Below the pieces are notes generated by a model. That model was not told the origin of the DNA, did not search any database, and saw only the letters and a list, made by a program, of their open reading frames with translations. Below are positions 45,126-56,461 of a stretch of DNA of 64,000 nt, in pieces (the stretch's first letter is position 1; each line of letters begins with the position of its first letter). This stretch comes from an uncultured delta proteobacterium (GTDB taxonomy: Bacteria > Myxococcota_A > Polyangia > Haliangiales > Haliangiaceae), in NCBI GenBank assembly GCA_963848295.1, contig CAWKDB010000010.1, positions 2,912,001-2,976,000 on the forward strand. Direction: 5' to 3'. The translations under genes were made by a program, and so were the position numbers.

Positions 45126-45323
45126 ATGCGAACCAAGGGAACTGCGCGCCCTGCGGCGCGTAAGGGAAGTGGTAGTCGGACCAAGAAGACGGTGGCCGTG
45201 CCTTCCATGCGGAAGTCCGAGCCGATCATCCAGATGGTCGAGCGAAAGTCCTCGCGCAACATCTTGGACTTGCCCAAGAAGACAGGCGAGCTGCCAATTC
45301 CGCTCGCGACGTTCGTCTTCTAG
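45126..45323 (+). CDS. Small basic hypothetical protein (65 aa)
   Basis: Good RBS and promoter; fills the gap between pepA and the next gene. Confidence 0.65.
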   Translation: MRTKGTARPAARKGSGSRTKKTVAVPSMRKSEPIIQMVERKSSRNILDLPKKTGELPIPLATFVF

Positions 45324-45331
45324 ATTTATCC

Positions 45332-46111
45332 CTACGTCACTTCGGAATCGTCGCCTTCATCATCGACGGTCTCATCGGCGAGCAACTTCTTGAGGTTCCG
45401 TGCGTCGGCCCATCGGGCGGGCGATGCAAACGCGACCGTAACCGGAAGATCCTCGTAGTGCTGCAGCAGCGCTGCGAGGTCTTCTAGTTTTTCACTCCGG
45501 ATGGCGCCGGAGCGACCGAGTCCTTCGACGCGGAAGTACAGCGCAGGCGCCTCGAGATCGTAGTGAATCTCCGGGGGATCACCTGGATCGCGTACCAGCG
45601 GATCGAACGCGCATGCCACACCGAGCTCGGTCGCGAGCTTGACCGCACTGCGAGAATTCCACAGTCCCCCGGGCTGCCACACCCGTAGGCACCCGAGGGC
45701 TTCCGCAGTCGCAAGCTCGGAGAAGAACCAGCGCAACTGATCGCGATTGGCCGCGGACGGTGAATGATTCGCTGACGAGCGAAAGATCGCGCATGCGGCG
45801 CCGACCGCTGCAACCGCTGAGCGCAGCTCGACAAATGCACCTCGGGCGGGGGCGCTATCTACCATCTCGCCGACCGTCGCATCGTGTGGCCAAGGCCTCG
45901 TCGACGGCGGCGCTGTCCGTTGCGTCAGGACCCAAGGAGCCACGAGCCCGAGGGACCCCTTCGGCGCCGCCGCGCTCCACTTCGCGAGCGCGGACGGCTT
46001 GAGCGGCCCTGTAAACAGCGCGGACAGCTCGAGATACGATAGCTCGCGAAAGTAGCGCTCGCGGTCCATCCGCTCGGGTAGATCCGCGGTGCCGATAAGC
46101 ACGTTGCGCAC
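45332..46111 (-). CDS. DUF72-like protein
   Basis: IGT start, RYFRELSYLEL, W.PGGLW, DPL, YFRVEG; family assignment tentative. Confidence 0.65.
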   Translation of the reverse strand: MRNVLIGTADLPERMDRERYFRELSYLELSALFTGPLKPSALAKWSAAAPKGSLGLVAPWVLTQRTAPPSTRPWPHDATVGEMVDSAPARGAFVELRSAVAAVGAACAIFRSSANHSPSAANRDQLRWFFSELATAEALGCLRVWQPGGLWNSRSAVKLATELGVACAFDPLVRDPGDPPEIHYDLEAPALYFRVEGLGRSGAIRSEKLEDLAALLQHYEDLPVTVAFASPARWADARNLKKLLADETVDDEGDDSEVT

Positions 46112-46117
46112 ACATTC

Positions 46118-46264
46118 GGGGACGGAGTACCTCTTGTCAAGCCGTGGGACCTTCGCGCCTGAGCTGGGGACGCTGTCTCTTCTGTCAACTTGCCAAGAAA
46201 ACGGAAACGTCGATCTCAGCAAGATCGCTGAGGTTGTCGTGGGGACGCTGTCTCTTTTGTCAAC
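46118..46264 (+). repeat. Paired 24-bp direct-repeat element (46166-46189, 46241-46264) plus degenerate copy 46118-46141
   Basis: Period 75 bp; lies between divergent genes. Confidence 0.93.
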
Positions 46265-46275
46265 TTACGCGGTTG

Positions 46276-46605
46276 ATGGTCGCGTCGTCGGTCGCATCTG
46301 TCGCTGCGTGTGCGGATCATCCTGGCCCGGTGTTGTCATCGGTGTCGCCTGGCTCCGCGGCCGCAGGCGCAGTCGTCACGCTGATGGGCGAGCGGATGTG
46401 TGGACCCACCGGCGATTGCTCGACCGCGGGTGGCCAGATTCAGATCGGGCTCGCGCTGCCCGGGGTAGAAGCGCTGATCGAAATGTTCTCCGACACGTCC
46501 GCCCAGATCTCGATCCCCGCGCTCGCGCCAGCCGGTGATACGCAACTCGTATTGGTCGTCGATGACCAGTCGTCGAACGCGCTCGCATTCACGGTGCTGC
46601 CGTGA
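46276..46605 (+). CDS. IPT/TIG-like lipoprotein
   Basis: VAAC lipobox, PVLSSVSP..VTL.G, SNALAFTV; start uncertain. Confidence 0.65.
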   Translation: MVASSVASVAACADHPGPVLSSVSPGSAAAGAVVTLMGERMCGPTGDCSTAGGQIQIGLALPGVEALIEMFSDTSAQISIPALAPAGDTQLVLVVDDQSSNALAFTVLP

Positions 46606-47027
46606 GGCGCGCGTTCTCGGTGGCGGTGTACGCGCGGCGCGGCGGGCGCGTGCTGGTTATCGAGCACCGCCGGCTCGCGAAGTGGTTGCCGATCGGCGGC
46701 GAGATCGAACCCGGCGAGACTCCGCTCGAAGCGGCGCGGCGGGAGCTGTGTGAAGAGACCGGCCTGGTCGCCGAGTTTCGCTCGGTGGCGAACGCGCTCG
46801 ACGGGGTGCCACCTGGCCTGCTCGGCTACGAGGAGCACGAGGCCGGGAGCAAAGGCACGCACATGAACTTCGTGTTCGTCGCCTCCGTCCCAGCGGACGC
46901 CGAGGTGGTGCCCAATGACGAGTTCGGCGCCTGGCGCTGGGTCGATCGCGCGGAGCTCGAGCAGCTCTCGTCGCCGCTCAACGTACGCCAGTTCGGATTC
47001 GTCGCCCTCGACGCGATCCTCGAGTGA
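46602..47027 (+). CDS. NUDIX hydrolase
   Basis: Nudix box GGEIEPGETPLEAARRELCEETGL. Confidence 0.92.
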   Translation: MRRAFSVAVYARRGGRVLVIEHRRLAKWLPIGGEIEPGETPLEAARRELCEETGLVAEFRSVANALDGVPPGLLGYEEHEAGSKGTHMNFVFVASVPADAEVVPNDEFGAWRWVDRAELEQLSSPLNVRQFGFVALDAILE

Positions 47028-47031
47028 GCCC

Positions 47032-47640
47032 ATGCGGATCCGGCAGCATGTCAATCCCAAGCATCTGCACTTCGAGCGGTTTCGTGGCGATGTGCCCGTG
47101 CTGCCCGCGGATTGGCCGATCGAGGTCGAGATCGGCTGCGCCGAGGCGCAGTTCCTGTTCGAGCGTGCCGCGGTACAGCCGCGCGCGAGCTACGTCGGCT
47201 TGGAGATTCGCGAGGATCTCGTCGCGTACGTCAACAATAAGGCCCGAGCCGCGCAACTGCCGGTGCACGCAGTGTTCTGCCAAGCGCAGCTGCACATGCC
47301 TCAGATCTTCGGTGGGCGTCAGGTCGACCGCGTGTTCATCAACTTCCCGGATCCATGGTTCAAGCGCCGGCACCACGACCGCCGGATGGTCGATCGTGCA
47401 CTCGTCGCGGCGGTCGGCAACGTCGCGCGCCGGGGCGCCGACATCTTCGTACAAAGCGACGTCTGGGACGTCGCGCTCGATTCGATGGACGCGTTCGAAC
47501 GCGACGACCGGTTCACGAACGTCGCGGGCGAATGGACATTCTGGCGCTCCGGCAATCCCTACGGCGTCCGGTCGTGGCGCGAGCAAAACGCCGAGGAGAC
47601 CGGGCTGACGATCTGGCGAATCATGTATCGCCGGCGCTGA
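47032..47640 (+). CDS. trmB: tRNA (guanine-N7)-methyltransferase
   Basis: RIRQHVNP, EIGC, GLEIR, NFPDPWFKRRH. Confidence 0.9.
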   Translation: MRIRQHVNPKHLHFERFRGDVPVLPADWPIEVEIGCAEAQFLFERAAVQPRASYVGLEIREDLVAYVNNKARAAQLPVHAVFCQAQLHMPQIFGGRQVDRVFINFPDPWFKRRHHDRRMVDRALVAAVGNVARRGADIFVQSDVWDVALDSMDAFERDDRFTNVAGEWTFWRSGNPYGVRSWREQNAEETGLTIWRIMYRRR

Positions 47641-47647
47641 CCGGCAA

Positions 47648-47744
47648 GTAGACAAAAGAGACAGCGTCCCCAGAGATCCTCAGAGATCTCGATGAGATCG
47701 GGCTAGCGCTTTTTCGGCAAGTGGACAAAAGAGACAGCGTCCCC
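47648..47744 (-). repeat. Paired 24-bp direct-repeat element (47648-47671, 47721-47744)
   Basis: GT(A/G)GACAAAAGAGACAGCGTCCCC twice, period 73 bp; overlaps the WYL gene 3' end. Confidence 0.93.
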
Positions 47745-48368
47745 AAGTGTCGCTTTCTGGATCTTGTCGAGTCGGAATTGACGGTCTTGGTTGGTTTCGA
47801 GGTCGATGACGTTGAGGAGCGTGACTTGGCGATCGAAGACGAGGTTGCGGATGCGGACGAGGCGCTGAGTCATTTGCCACGCCGACTTGGCATAGACGAT
47901 GCGCAGCGATCGGTTCTCGAACCAGGCGGTTTCGATCGCGTCGCGCACTTTGTCGGGGACCGGCAGCGCCGGCACGCCGACGACCTGGAGTTGACCGATC
48001 GCGTCGAGTAGCTCGCGTTGCGCCGAAGTCGATAGCGCGGCGCGGACTTTGTCGGCTGCGCGTTGCACCGCACTCGGAAACGGCACGAGGCGCTGATCGA
48101 GCGCCATCTTGGTCAGCGCGATCAGCAAGGCGGCTTCACGCGCGGTGAAGTTGATCGGCGGGAGCTGATAGCTCTTGTCGAGCGCGTAGCCGCCACCGCG
48201 CCCGCGATCGGCCTTGATCGGGACGCCGGCATCTTGGAGCGCTTCGAGATCGCGGTAGATGGTCCGCAGCGTCACACCGAAGCGCTCCGCGAGCTGTCCG
48301 GCGGTGACTCCGGTGCGGCGGGCTCGGAGTGCATCAGCCAGGGCGAACAGCCGGGACTTGCGTCGCAT
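47703..48368 (-). CDS. YafY-type HTH-WYL transcriptional regulator
   Basis: LAERFGVTLRTIYRDLEAL, GRGGGY, LPPINFT, RQFRLDKI. Confidence 0.9.
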   Translation of the reverse strand: MRRKSRLFALADALRARRTGVTAGQLAERFGVTLRTIYRDLEALQDAGVPIKADRGRGGGYALDKSYQLPPINFTAREAALLIALTKMALDQRLVPFPSAVQRAADKVRAALSTSAQRELLDAIGQLQVVGVPALPVPDKVRDAIETAWFENRSLRIVYAKSAWQMTQRLVRIRNLVFDRQVTLLNVIDLETNQDRQFRLDKIQKATLGDAVSFVHLPKKR

Positions 48369-48374
48369 GAAACC

Positions 48375-48390
48375 TGACAAAAGGCTGTCA
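48375..48390. promoter_or_regulatory. Inverted repeat, probable operator of the WYL regulator
   Basis: TGACA-N6-TGTCA in the divergent promoter region. Confidence 0.7.
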
Positions 48391-48428
48391 AAAGCGAGAT
48401 GCAAGGTCAAGTTCGAAAGGACAAACCA

Positions 48429-48803
48429 ATGCAATTCACCAAGCACTCGATCAACTGGTTCAGGATCCCGGTCCGCGATGTGACGAAGGCGTCGGCGTTC
48501 TACGCTGACGTGCTCGGTCGCCCACTCAGGCACGTCGACTTCGGTGGGCGTCCCCACGCGGTGTTCCAAGCTGTCGGCGAATCGGCGGTCACCGGCGCGC
48601 TCGGCGAAGAGCCCGAACACCGTGGCGGTCCTGGCGTGACGATCTTTCTCGATGTCGATGCGGTGAAGCCTGCGGTCGAGCGTGCGGTCAAGGCGGGCGG
48701 CAAAGTGATCCAGCCGGTCACGGACCTCGGACCGATTGGCACGTGTGCGCGCATCGAAGACCTCGATGGCAACGTGGTGGGCCTTCACACCGGGAGGGCG
48801 TGA
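48429..48803 (+). CDS. VOC/glyoxalase family protein
   Basis: WFRIPVRD..A..FYADVLG, DLDGNVVGL. Confidence 0.9.
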   Translation: MQFTKHSINWFRIPVRDVTKASAFYADVLGRPLRHVDFGGRPHAVFQAVGESAVTGALGEEPEHRGGPGVTIFLDVDAVKPAVERAVKAGGKVIQPVTDLGPIGTCARIEDLDGNVVGLHTGRA

Positions 48804-48807
48804 AACG

Positions 48808-49434
48808 ATGAAGCTCCATACCTCGCAGATGTCGGGTAGCGCGCGGCGCGCCGAGCTCGTCGCGGTGATCCTCGGCGTTCCGATCGAGCGCCGACAGGTC
48901 GATCTCTCCGTTGCCGAGCAACGCGCCGGGCTCGCCGCGATCAACCCTAACGCGAAGGTGCCGGTGCTCGAAGACGGCGACTTCCGGTTGTGGGAATCGC
49001 GCGCGATCATGCAGTACCTGTGCGCTCGGTCGACGGGCCAGACGCTGTACCCGAGCGAGCCACGCTCCCGCGCCGAGGTCGACCGCTGGCTGTTCTGGGA
49101 TGCGGCGCACCTGTCGCCGGCGGTCGGGCCGATCACGTTCGAGCGGATGTGGAAGAAGCTGATCGGCGGAGGAGAGCCAGACGCGGCGTTGATCGCGCGC
49201 TACGAGCGCTTCCTTCATCAGTTCGCCGCCGTGCTCGACGCCCAGGTAGCCGGCAAGACGTGGATCCTCGGCGAATCGCTCACGATCGCCGATCTGTCGA
49301 TCGCCGCGACGCTGATGTACGCGAAGCCGGCCGCGCTGCCGCTCGAGGGCTACCCGCATCTGCTCGCGTGGTTTGCGCGCGTGCAGGCGCAGGCGGCATG
49401 GCGCAGCACCGAACCGCCGGCGATGGGCTGGTGA
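48808..49434 (+). CDS. Glutathione S-transferase family protein
   Basis: INPNAKVPVLED, LWESRAIMQYL, TIADL. Confidence 0.92.
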   Translation: MKLHTSQMSGSARRAELVAVILGVPIERRQVDLSVAEQRAGLAAINPNAKVPVLEDGDFRLWESRAIMQYLCARSTGQTLYPSEPRSRAEVDRWLFWDAAHLSPAVGPITFERMWKKLIGGGEPDAALIARYERFLHQFAAVLDAQVAGKTWILGESLTIADLSIAATLMYAKPAALPLEGYPHLLAWFARVQAQAAWRSTEPPAMGW

Positions 49435-49535
49435 GCTGATGATGTCGGCCGTGTTGGTCATCGGTTGGTTGGCGGCAAACGCGGTCGCGTTGCGGCGGAG
49501 TCGGCTTCGCCAGGAACTGAGCTAGAGTGGCGGCG

Positions 49536-51668
49536 ATGGCCAAGGCGCGGAGCGGCAAGAAAACCGCGGGGTCGATCGTCGACACGATCGCGCCGGGGGC
49601 GATGGTCGACACGATCGCGCCGGGGCGAGGCGAGGATCCGCGCGCCGACGAGGGCCAGGTGATCGACACCGGGTTGTTCCGGCTCAGGGCCCCCTTCGCG
49701 CCGGCCGGCGACCAACCGCGCGCGATTCGCGAGCTGATCGAAGGGTTGCGCCGCGGCGACGAGGCGCAGGTCCTGCTCGGGATCACCGGCTCGGGCAAGA
49801 CGTTCACCGCGGCGAACGTGATCGCCGAGACCGGACGGCCGACGCTGATCATCGCGCACAACAAGGTCCTCGCGGCCCAGCTCTACGGCGAGCTCAAGGA
49901 GCTGTTTCCAGACGCCGCGGTGCACTACTTCGTCAGCTACTACGACTACTACCAACCCGAAGCGTACGTGCCGACGACCGACACGTTCATCGAGAAGGAC
50001 TCGATCGTCAACGAGGAGATCGATCGCATGCGACACGCCGCGACGTTCGCGCTGTTGTCGCGCCGCGACGTGATCATCGTGGCGTCGGTGTCGTGCATCT
50101 ATGGCATCGGCTCGCGCGACATCTATTCGTCGATGACGTGCGAGCTCGACACCGGCACCTCGATCGATCGCGATTCGGTCCTGCGCCGGCTCGTCGAGCT
50201 CCAGTACGAACGCAACGACGTCGATTTTCATCGCGGCACGTTCCGCGTGCGCGGCGACACGGTCGAGATCTTTCCCGCGTACGAAGCGGAGACCGCGATT
50301 CGGGTCGAGTGGTTCGGCGATCAGATCGAGGCGATGGCCGAGATCGATCCGTTGCGCGGCAAGATCAAGCGCGCGATCGATCGCACGGTCATCTTCCCGG
50401 CGTCGCACTACGCGACTCCGGCCGACACGATGCGCAAGGCATGCGAGACGATCCGCGCCGAGCTCAAGGTTCGCCTCGAAGAGCTGTCGCGTGATGGCAA
50501 ATTGCTCGAGCGCCAACGCCTCGAACAGCGCACGATGTACGACCTCGAGGCGATCGAGCAGATGGGGTTCTGCTCTGGCATCGAGAACTATTCGCGTCAC
50601 CTGACCGGGCGGGCGCCGGGGGAGCCGCCACCGACGCTGATGGATTACTTTCCCGATGATTACTTGCTGATCATCGATGAATCGCACCAGACCGTGCCGC
50701 AGATCGGCTCGATGTACAACGGCGACCGTTCGCGCAAGGAGACGCTCGTCGAGTACGGGTTCCGGCTGCCGAGCGCGCTCGACAATCGTCCGTTGCGATT
50801 CGACGAGTGGCGGCAACGCGCGAAGCAAACCGTCTACGTGTCGGCGACGCCCGCCGAGTGGGAGCTCGAGCAAGCGAAGGGCATCGTCGTCGAACAGATC
50901 ATTCGGCCGACCGGCCTGCTCGATCCCGAGGTCGAGATTCGCCCGGTCGCGCATCAAGTCGACGATCTGCTCGCCGAGATTCGCGACCGCACCGGGAGAG
51001 GCGACAAGGTCCTCGTCACCACGCTGACCAAGCGCATGGCCGAGGACCTGACCGAGTACTACCGAGAGATCGGGGTCAAGGTGCGCTATCTCCACTCCGA
51101 CGTCGACACGCTCGAACGGATCCAGATCATCCGCGACTTGCGGCGCGGCGAGTTCGACGTGCTCGTCGGGATCAACCTGTTGCGCGAAGGGCTCGATATC
51201 CCCGAGGTGTCGCTCGTCGGCATCCTCGACGCGGACAAAGAGGGGTTCTTGCGCTCGTCGCGCTCGTTGATCCAGACGATCGGCCGCGCGGCCCGCAACC
51301 TGAACGGCCGGGTGTTGCTCTACGCCGACAAGCGGACCGATTCGATCCAAGACGCGGTCGGCATCACCGAGCGGCGCCGCACGGTGCAGGCCGAGTTCAA
51401 CCGCGAGCACGGGATCACGCCGCGGTCGGCGAGCCGAAAGATCCTCGACATCCAACCGGCTGAGCCCATGCCGAAGAAAGGCCAGCGCGGCCCGCAGCTC
51501 GGCGGGCTCGATCTCAAGAGGATCGACGACCTCGATACGCTGCGCTCCGCGATCGACAAGCTGCGCGGCGAGATGCGCCAGGCTGCCGCCGATCTCGAGT
51601 TCGAACGAGCGGCGCAGCTCCGCGACAAGGCGCGAGAGCTCGAGCAACTCGAGCTGCAGATGCGGTGA
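49536..51668 (+). CDS. uvrB: Excinuclease ABC subunit B
   Basis: [30 protein letters not shown]-terminal UVR coil. Confidence 0.97.
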   Translation: MAKARSGKKTAGSIVDTIAPGAMVDTIAPGRGEDPRADEGQVIDTGLFRLRAPFAPAGDQPRAIRELIEGLRRGDEAQVLLGITGSGKTFTAANVIAETGRPTLIIAHNKVLAAQLYGELKELFPDAAVHYFVSYYDYYQPEAYVPTTDTFIEKDSIVNEEIDRMRHAATFALLSRRDVIIVASVSCIYGIGSRDIYSSMTCELDTGTSIDRDSVLRRLVELQYERNDVDFHRGTFRVRGDTVEIFPAYEAETAIRVEWFGDQIEAMAEIDPLRGKIKRAIDRTVIFPASHYATPADTMRKACETIRAELKVRLEELSRDGKLLERQRLEQRTMYDLEAIEQMGFCSGIENYSRHLTGRAPGEPPPTLMDYFPDDYLLIIDESHQTVPQIGSMYNGDRSRKETLVEYGFRLPSALDNRPLRFDEWRQRAKQTVYVSATPAEWELEQAKGIVVEQIIRPTGLLDPEVEIRPVAHQVDDLLAEIRDRTGRGDKVLVTTLTKRMAEDLTEYYREIGVKVRYLHSDVDTLERIQIIRDLRRGEFDVLVGINLLREGLDIPEVSLVGILDADKEGFLRSSRSLIQTIGRAARNLNGRVLLYADKRTDSIQDAVGITERRRTVQAEFNREHGITPRSASRKILDIQPAEPMPKKGQRGPQLGGLDLKRIDDLDTLRSAIDKLRGEMRQAAADLEFERAAQLRDKARELEQLELQMR

Positions 51669-52333
51669 AGGCGCTGCGCGGTTTCTATGCGGTGCTCGAT
51701 CGCGACGACGAGGCGCTCGCGCTCGAGCTCGCGCGCCATGCTCGCGTGTTACAAGTTCGGTTGAAGCCGGCGACGGGCGATGACATCGCGCGCGTCGCCC
51801 GCATGGCGCGGCGGGTATGCACCGCGGCCGGCGCGCAATTGATCATCAATGATCGGATCGATATCGCGCTCGCGGTCGGAGCCGACGGCGTTCACCTCGG
51901 GCAGACCGACGTGCCGGTCGCCGACGCACGCACGCTCGTCGGCACCCGCCTGCGGATCGGCGTGTCGACTCACGATCTCGAGCAAGTCGCGCGCGCGGTC
52001 GCGGGCGGCGCGGACTATCTCGGCTATGGTCCGGTGTTCGCCACGGCGACCAAAGCGAACCCCGATCCGGTGCAGGGCCTCGCGAACCTGCGCGCCGCGG
52101 TGCAAGCGGCTGGCCGGGTGCCGGTCGTCGCGATCGGCGGCATCATGCCGCGCCACGCCCGCGCGGTCTACGCGACCGGTGTCGCGGCAATTTGCGCTAT
52201 CTCGAGCGTCAATCAGGCCAGGGACTTGGCCGCCGCGGCGCGGGCATTTCGCCGGCCGTACCCGTGGTTACGCCGCGCACGTTACGTCGCGACAACCTAT
52301 CTTCCAATATTGCGGTCCAAGTCACGGCTATAG
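51665..52333 (+). CDS. thiE: Thiamine phosphate synthase
   Basis: [31 protein letters not shown]. Confidence 0.93.
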   Translation: MKALRGFYAVLDRDDEALALELARHARVLQVRLKPATGDDIARVARMARRVCTAAGAQLIINDRIDIALAVGADGVHLGQTDVPVADARTLVGTRLRIGVSTHDLEQVARAVAGGADYLGYGPVFATATKANPDPVQGLANLRAAVQAAGRVPVVAIGGIMPRHARAVYATGVAAICAISSVNQARDLAAAARAFRRPYPWLRRARYVATTYLPILRSKSRL

Positions 52334-52415
52334 GACGATACCCCGGCCTCGTAGACCCTGAATACGGGGCCTGCGTTTGCGTCAGTACCCAGCAGCGCTC
52401 CTCAAAGGAAGCATC

Positions 52416-52718
52416 ATGTCCAAGCTCGGAATCTTCGCTTCGCTCGCCGCTCTCGTTCTCTCGATCGGCTTCGCGACCCTGTCGTCGACCTCGGCGAACG
52501 CGGGGGGCCCCACGCCCTGCGTGCACAAAGAGTTCAAGACCGAGCTCGTCAAGGCGGCGTGCGCCAAGGGCGGCCAAGCCGAGGCGAAAATCCAGATGAA
52601 GACGTTCCAGAAGGAACACAAGCTCGAGAGCTGCAACTCTTGCCACAAGAAGCTGGCGCCGAACTACGAGCTCAAGGAGGACGCGTTCGAGAAGTTCACG
52701 AAGGCCGGCGGCAAGTGA
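52416..52718 (+). CDS. Small secreted protein with CXXCH (putative c-type cytochrome)
   Basis: RBS AAAGGAAG, signal peptide, CNSCH. Confidence 0.72.
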   Translation: MSKLGIFASLAALVLSIGFATLSSTSANAGGPTPCVHKEFKTELVKAACAKGGQAEAKIQMKTFQKEHKLESCNSCHKKLAPNYELKEDAFEKFTKAGGK

Positions 52719-52738
52719 TCTCGCCGGCGAGCTAGAGC

Positions 52739-53431
52739 TCAGAGCTGGCGCAAGATGTCTTGGTGGACGCGCCAGCTCGCGCGCTCTACGCTGTCGGCTT
52801 CGCCGCCGCCGCCGAGCGCGAGCGCGGGTACGAAGCAAAAGCATTCGTCATCGGTGTAGTTGCCGATCCGCGCCTTCGCGTCGCGGTACAGCGATCGGCG
52901 CAAGAACGCTTCCTGCCAGTCGTGACGATCGATCGCGGCAAGGAACGCTGCCACCGAGTCGCCCAGCACGGCCATCTGCTTGTCGTGGATATCGATCATC
53001 GAGATATCGCATGCGGTGTCGGCACCCGGCAGCCCGGCTTGACGCGCCCGCTCTCGCAGGTCGCGAAACACGACGATGTCGCCGAACGCGGTCCGACCGA
53101 TCGAGCGCCGGCCGGTCGTCTGTCCCATCAGCCACCCCGCCATCTCGTCGTCGAGAGCGCCTGGCTTCGTGATCAACAACAAGCCATCGGCGTGGCGCCC
53201 CGGCGGCAAGGCCTTCGTCAGCTGCGCGAAATGCGGGTGCGCGCTCGCTCCACCGGGCTTCGCGGTCTTCGCGGCGCTCACCCGCTTGGTCTTGTGGGCG
53301 CTCTTCGCGGGCTTGGTCTTGTGGGCGCTCTTCGCGGGCTTGGTCTTGTGGGCGCTCTTCGCGCGCGAGGATTTCTTCGCGGCGGCAGGCCTGCTTGCCT
53401 TCTTCGGCTGCTTGCGCGGCTTGGTCGTCAC
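52739..53431 (-). CDS. Tdi1/DUF1851-like immunity-domain protein with Lys/Ala-rich N-terminal tail
   Basis: GRTAFGDIVVF and DECFCFVPALALGG motifs; KPAKSAHKT-type repeats; GTG overlaps upstream stop. Confidence 0.65.
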   Translation of the reverse strand: MTTKPRKQPKKASRPAAAKKSSRAKSAHKTKPAKSAHKTKPAKSAHKTKRVSAAKTAKPGGASAHPHFAQLTKALPPGRHADGLLLITKPGALDDEMAGWLMGQTTGRRSIGRTAFGDIVVFRDLRERARQAGLPGADTACDISMIDIHDKQMAVLGDSVAAFLAAIDRHDWQEAFLRRSLYRDAKARIGNYTDDECFCFVPALALGGGGEADSVERASWRVHQDILRQL

Positions 53432-54240
53432 GACGTGCAGGTCGCTTTGTTCTTCAGTTGTTTCCTGATCGTCCTGTCGAGCTCGGCGGCCTGCCTCAGC
53501 ACGTTCGACTTCGGATACTTCGTCTTGATCACGTCGAGGTACGTCCGCGCCTCGGTGCAGTTCTTCAGCTGCTGCGCCGCGAGCGCTGCGAAGTACAAGC
53601 CATCGTCGGCGAGCGAGCTGTCGGGATACTTCTCGACGAGCTGTTGGTACGCGCCGATCGCGTGGTCGTAGTCCTTCATGTTCGTGTAGCACTGGCCGCG
53701 GAAGTACTGCGCGTCGGCCGCCTTGGCGTGCGTCGGGAACGACTGGACGAGCCGCTTGAAGATGTCGAGCGCGTCGTTGTAGCGAGCGGCATCGAACGCG
53801 GTGCTGCCGAGCTTCCACAGATCATCGGGCGAGCTATTCGCGGTCGGCTTGCCGCTCTCGATCTGTGCGAGTCGGCCCTCGAGATCGGTGAGGCGCTGGT
53901 CGTTGTCCTTGCGATATCGGTCGAACCCGGTCTTCAGCTCGTTGACCGAGTTATTGATCGTCGCGACCAACCCGTTCGCGGTGCGGACGTCGGAGCGCAA
54001 GCCCTCGACATCGGCGCCGATGTCAGCGCTGTTGCGCTTGAGCACCTTCGTCGCGTTGTCGAGCACCGTTTGCAGCTGCGCGATCTGCGTGTCGAGCGTC
54101 TTCTCTTTTGCGTCGAGCCGACCTTGTAGCGTCGTGACGTCCTTGCGCAGCAACTCGCCTTCACTCTTCGTGGTGACCCAGAAGCAACCACCGAGAGAGC
54201 TCGCGACCGCCGCGGTGAATAACAGCTTGCTCAATGCCAT
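53428..54240 (-). CDS. cpoB: CpoB/YbgF-like lipoprotein (coiled coil + TPR)
   Basis: LGGC lipobox, coiled coil, TPR AQYFRG; directly downstream of Pal-like gene. Confidence 0.75.
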   Translation of the reverse strand: MALSKLLFTAAVASSLGGCFWVTTKSEGELLRKDVTTLQGRLDAKEKTLDTQIAQLQTVLDNATKVLKRNSADIGADVEGLRSDVRTANGLVATINNSVNELKTGFDRYRKDNDQRLTDLEGRLAQIESGKPTANSSPDDLWKLGSTAFDAARYNDALDIFKRLVQSFPTHAKAADAQYFRGQCYTNMKDYDHAIGAYQQLVEKYPDSSLADDGLYFAALAAQQLKNCTEARTYLDVIKTKYPKSNVLRQAAELDRTIRKQLKNKATCTS

Positions 54241-55004
54241 TGGAACTCCACGCGACGGTCTTTGTCGTCGCCAAGGCCGGTTGGCTCGGTCTCGCCCTTC
54301 GGTACGACTTGCATGCGCGCCGGATCGGTGCCAAGGCGAGCGAGGTAGTCCGCGACAGCTTGAGCGCGGCGCTCGGACAACGCGATGTTGTATTCCTCGG
54401 TGCCGGAGCTGTCGGTGTGGCCGACGAGCAACACGTTCTTGCCCTTCGCGGTCTCGATGCACTTCTCGTTGGAGTCGAGCCGCTCGCGCTCGCTCTCCTG
54501 GATGCTCGAGTTGTCGAACTGGAAGTACACCGTCTGCAGTGTACAGGTCGCGCCGACGTTCGTGCCGGTCGCGGCCTTCACGCAGTAGCCGCCGACGCAG
54601 TCTTCGTCGTCGGCGCACTCGTCATCCTTCGCGCACTTCTTGCCGTGCGTGCACGCACCCGCGTTGCACACGCCGCCGGGGCCGCACTCGGCGTTCGACG
54701 CACACGGCTTGCATGCGCCGGCCTCGCAGACCTGGCCGTTCGGACACTGGGTATCGTTGACGCATTCGGCTTTCGCGACGCACGCGTTCGCGCTGCAGCG
54801 CTGACCCTTCGCGCACTGCGAGTCGTCGTTGCAAGCGACGCAGTGGTTATCGGCGCAGACTTGACCGGCCTTGCAGTCCTTGTCGACCTTGCAGCCGGGG
54901 TTCTTGGGCTTGCTACCGCACGAGCCGACCAATGCGAACGCGAGCACGACCCCGATCGCGGCCATCGCGACCGCGGCAAACCGGGATCGTCCCGAATCTT
55001 CCAT
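54231..55004 (-). CDS. Pal/OmpA-family lipoprotein with Cys-rich repeats
   Basis: VGSC lipobox, repeated C..D.C..G..C units, VYFQFD, GHTDSSGTEEYNIALSERRA. Confidence 0.88.
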   Translation of the reverse strand: MEDSGRSRFAAVAMAAIGVVLAFALVGSCGSKPKNPGCKVDKDCKAGQVCADNHCVACNDDSQCAKGQRCSANACVAKAECVNDTQCPNGQVCEAGACKPCASNAECGPGGVCNAGACTHGKKCAKDDECADDEDCVGGYCVKAATGTNVGATCTLQTVYFQFDNSSIQESERERLDSNEKCIETAKGKNVLLVGHTDSSGTEEYNIALSERRAQAVADYLARLGTDPARMQVVPKGETEPTGLGDDKDRRVEFQWH

Positions 55005-55072
55005 GGCGTGAAACCTAAATGGACGCGGCACGTTAGTCAAATCAGCGGGTAGTGCTGCTACGCTTTGCCGCG

Positions 55073-56446
<1,374 letters not shown>

Positions 56447-56461
56447 ACGGGACGTCCCCAG

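Noticed and set aside
49578..49625. 27-bp duplication in the UvrB N-terminus (VDTIAPG x2)
   Set aside because: In-frame slippage in a non-conserved extension; no sign of function
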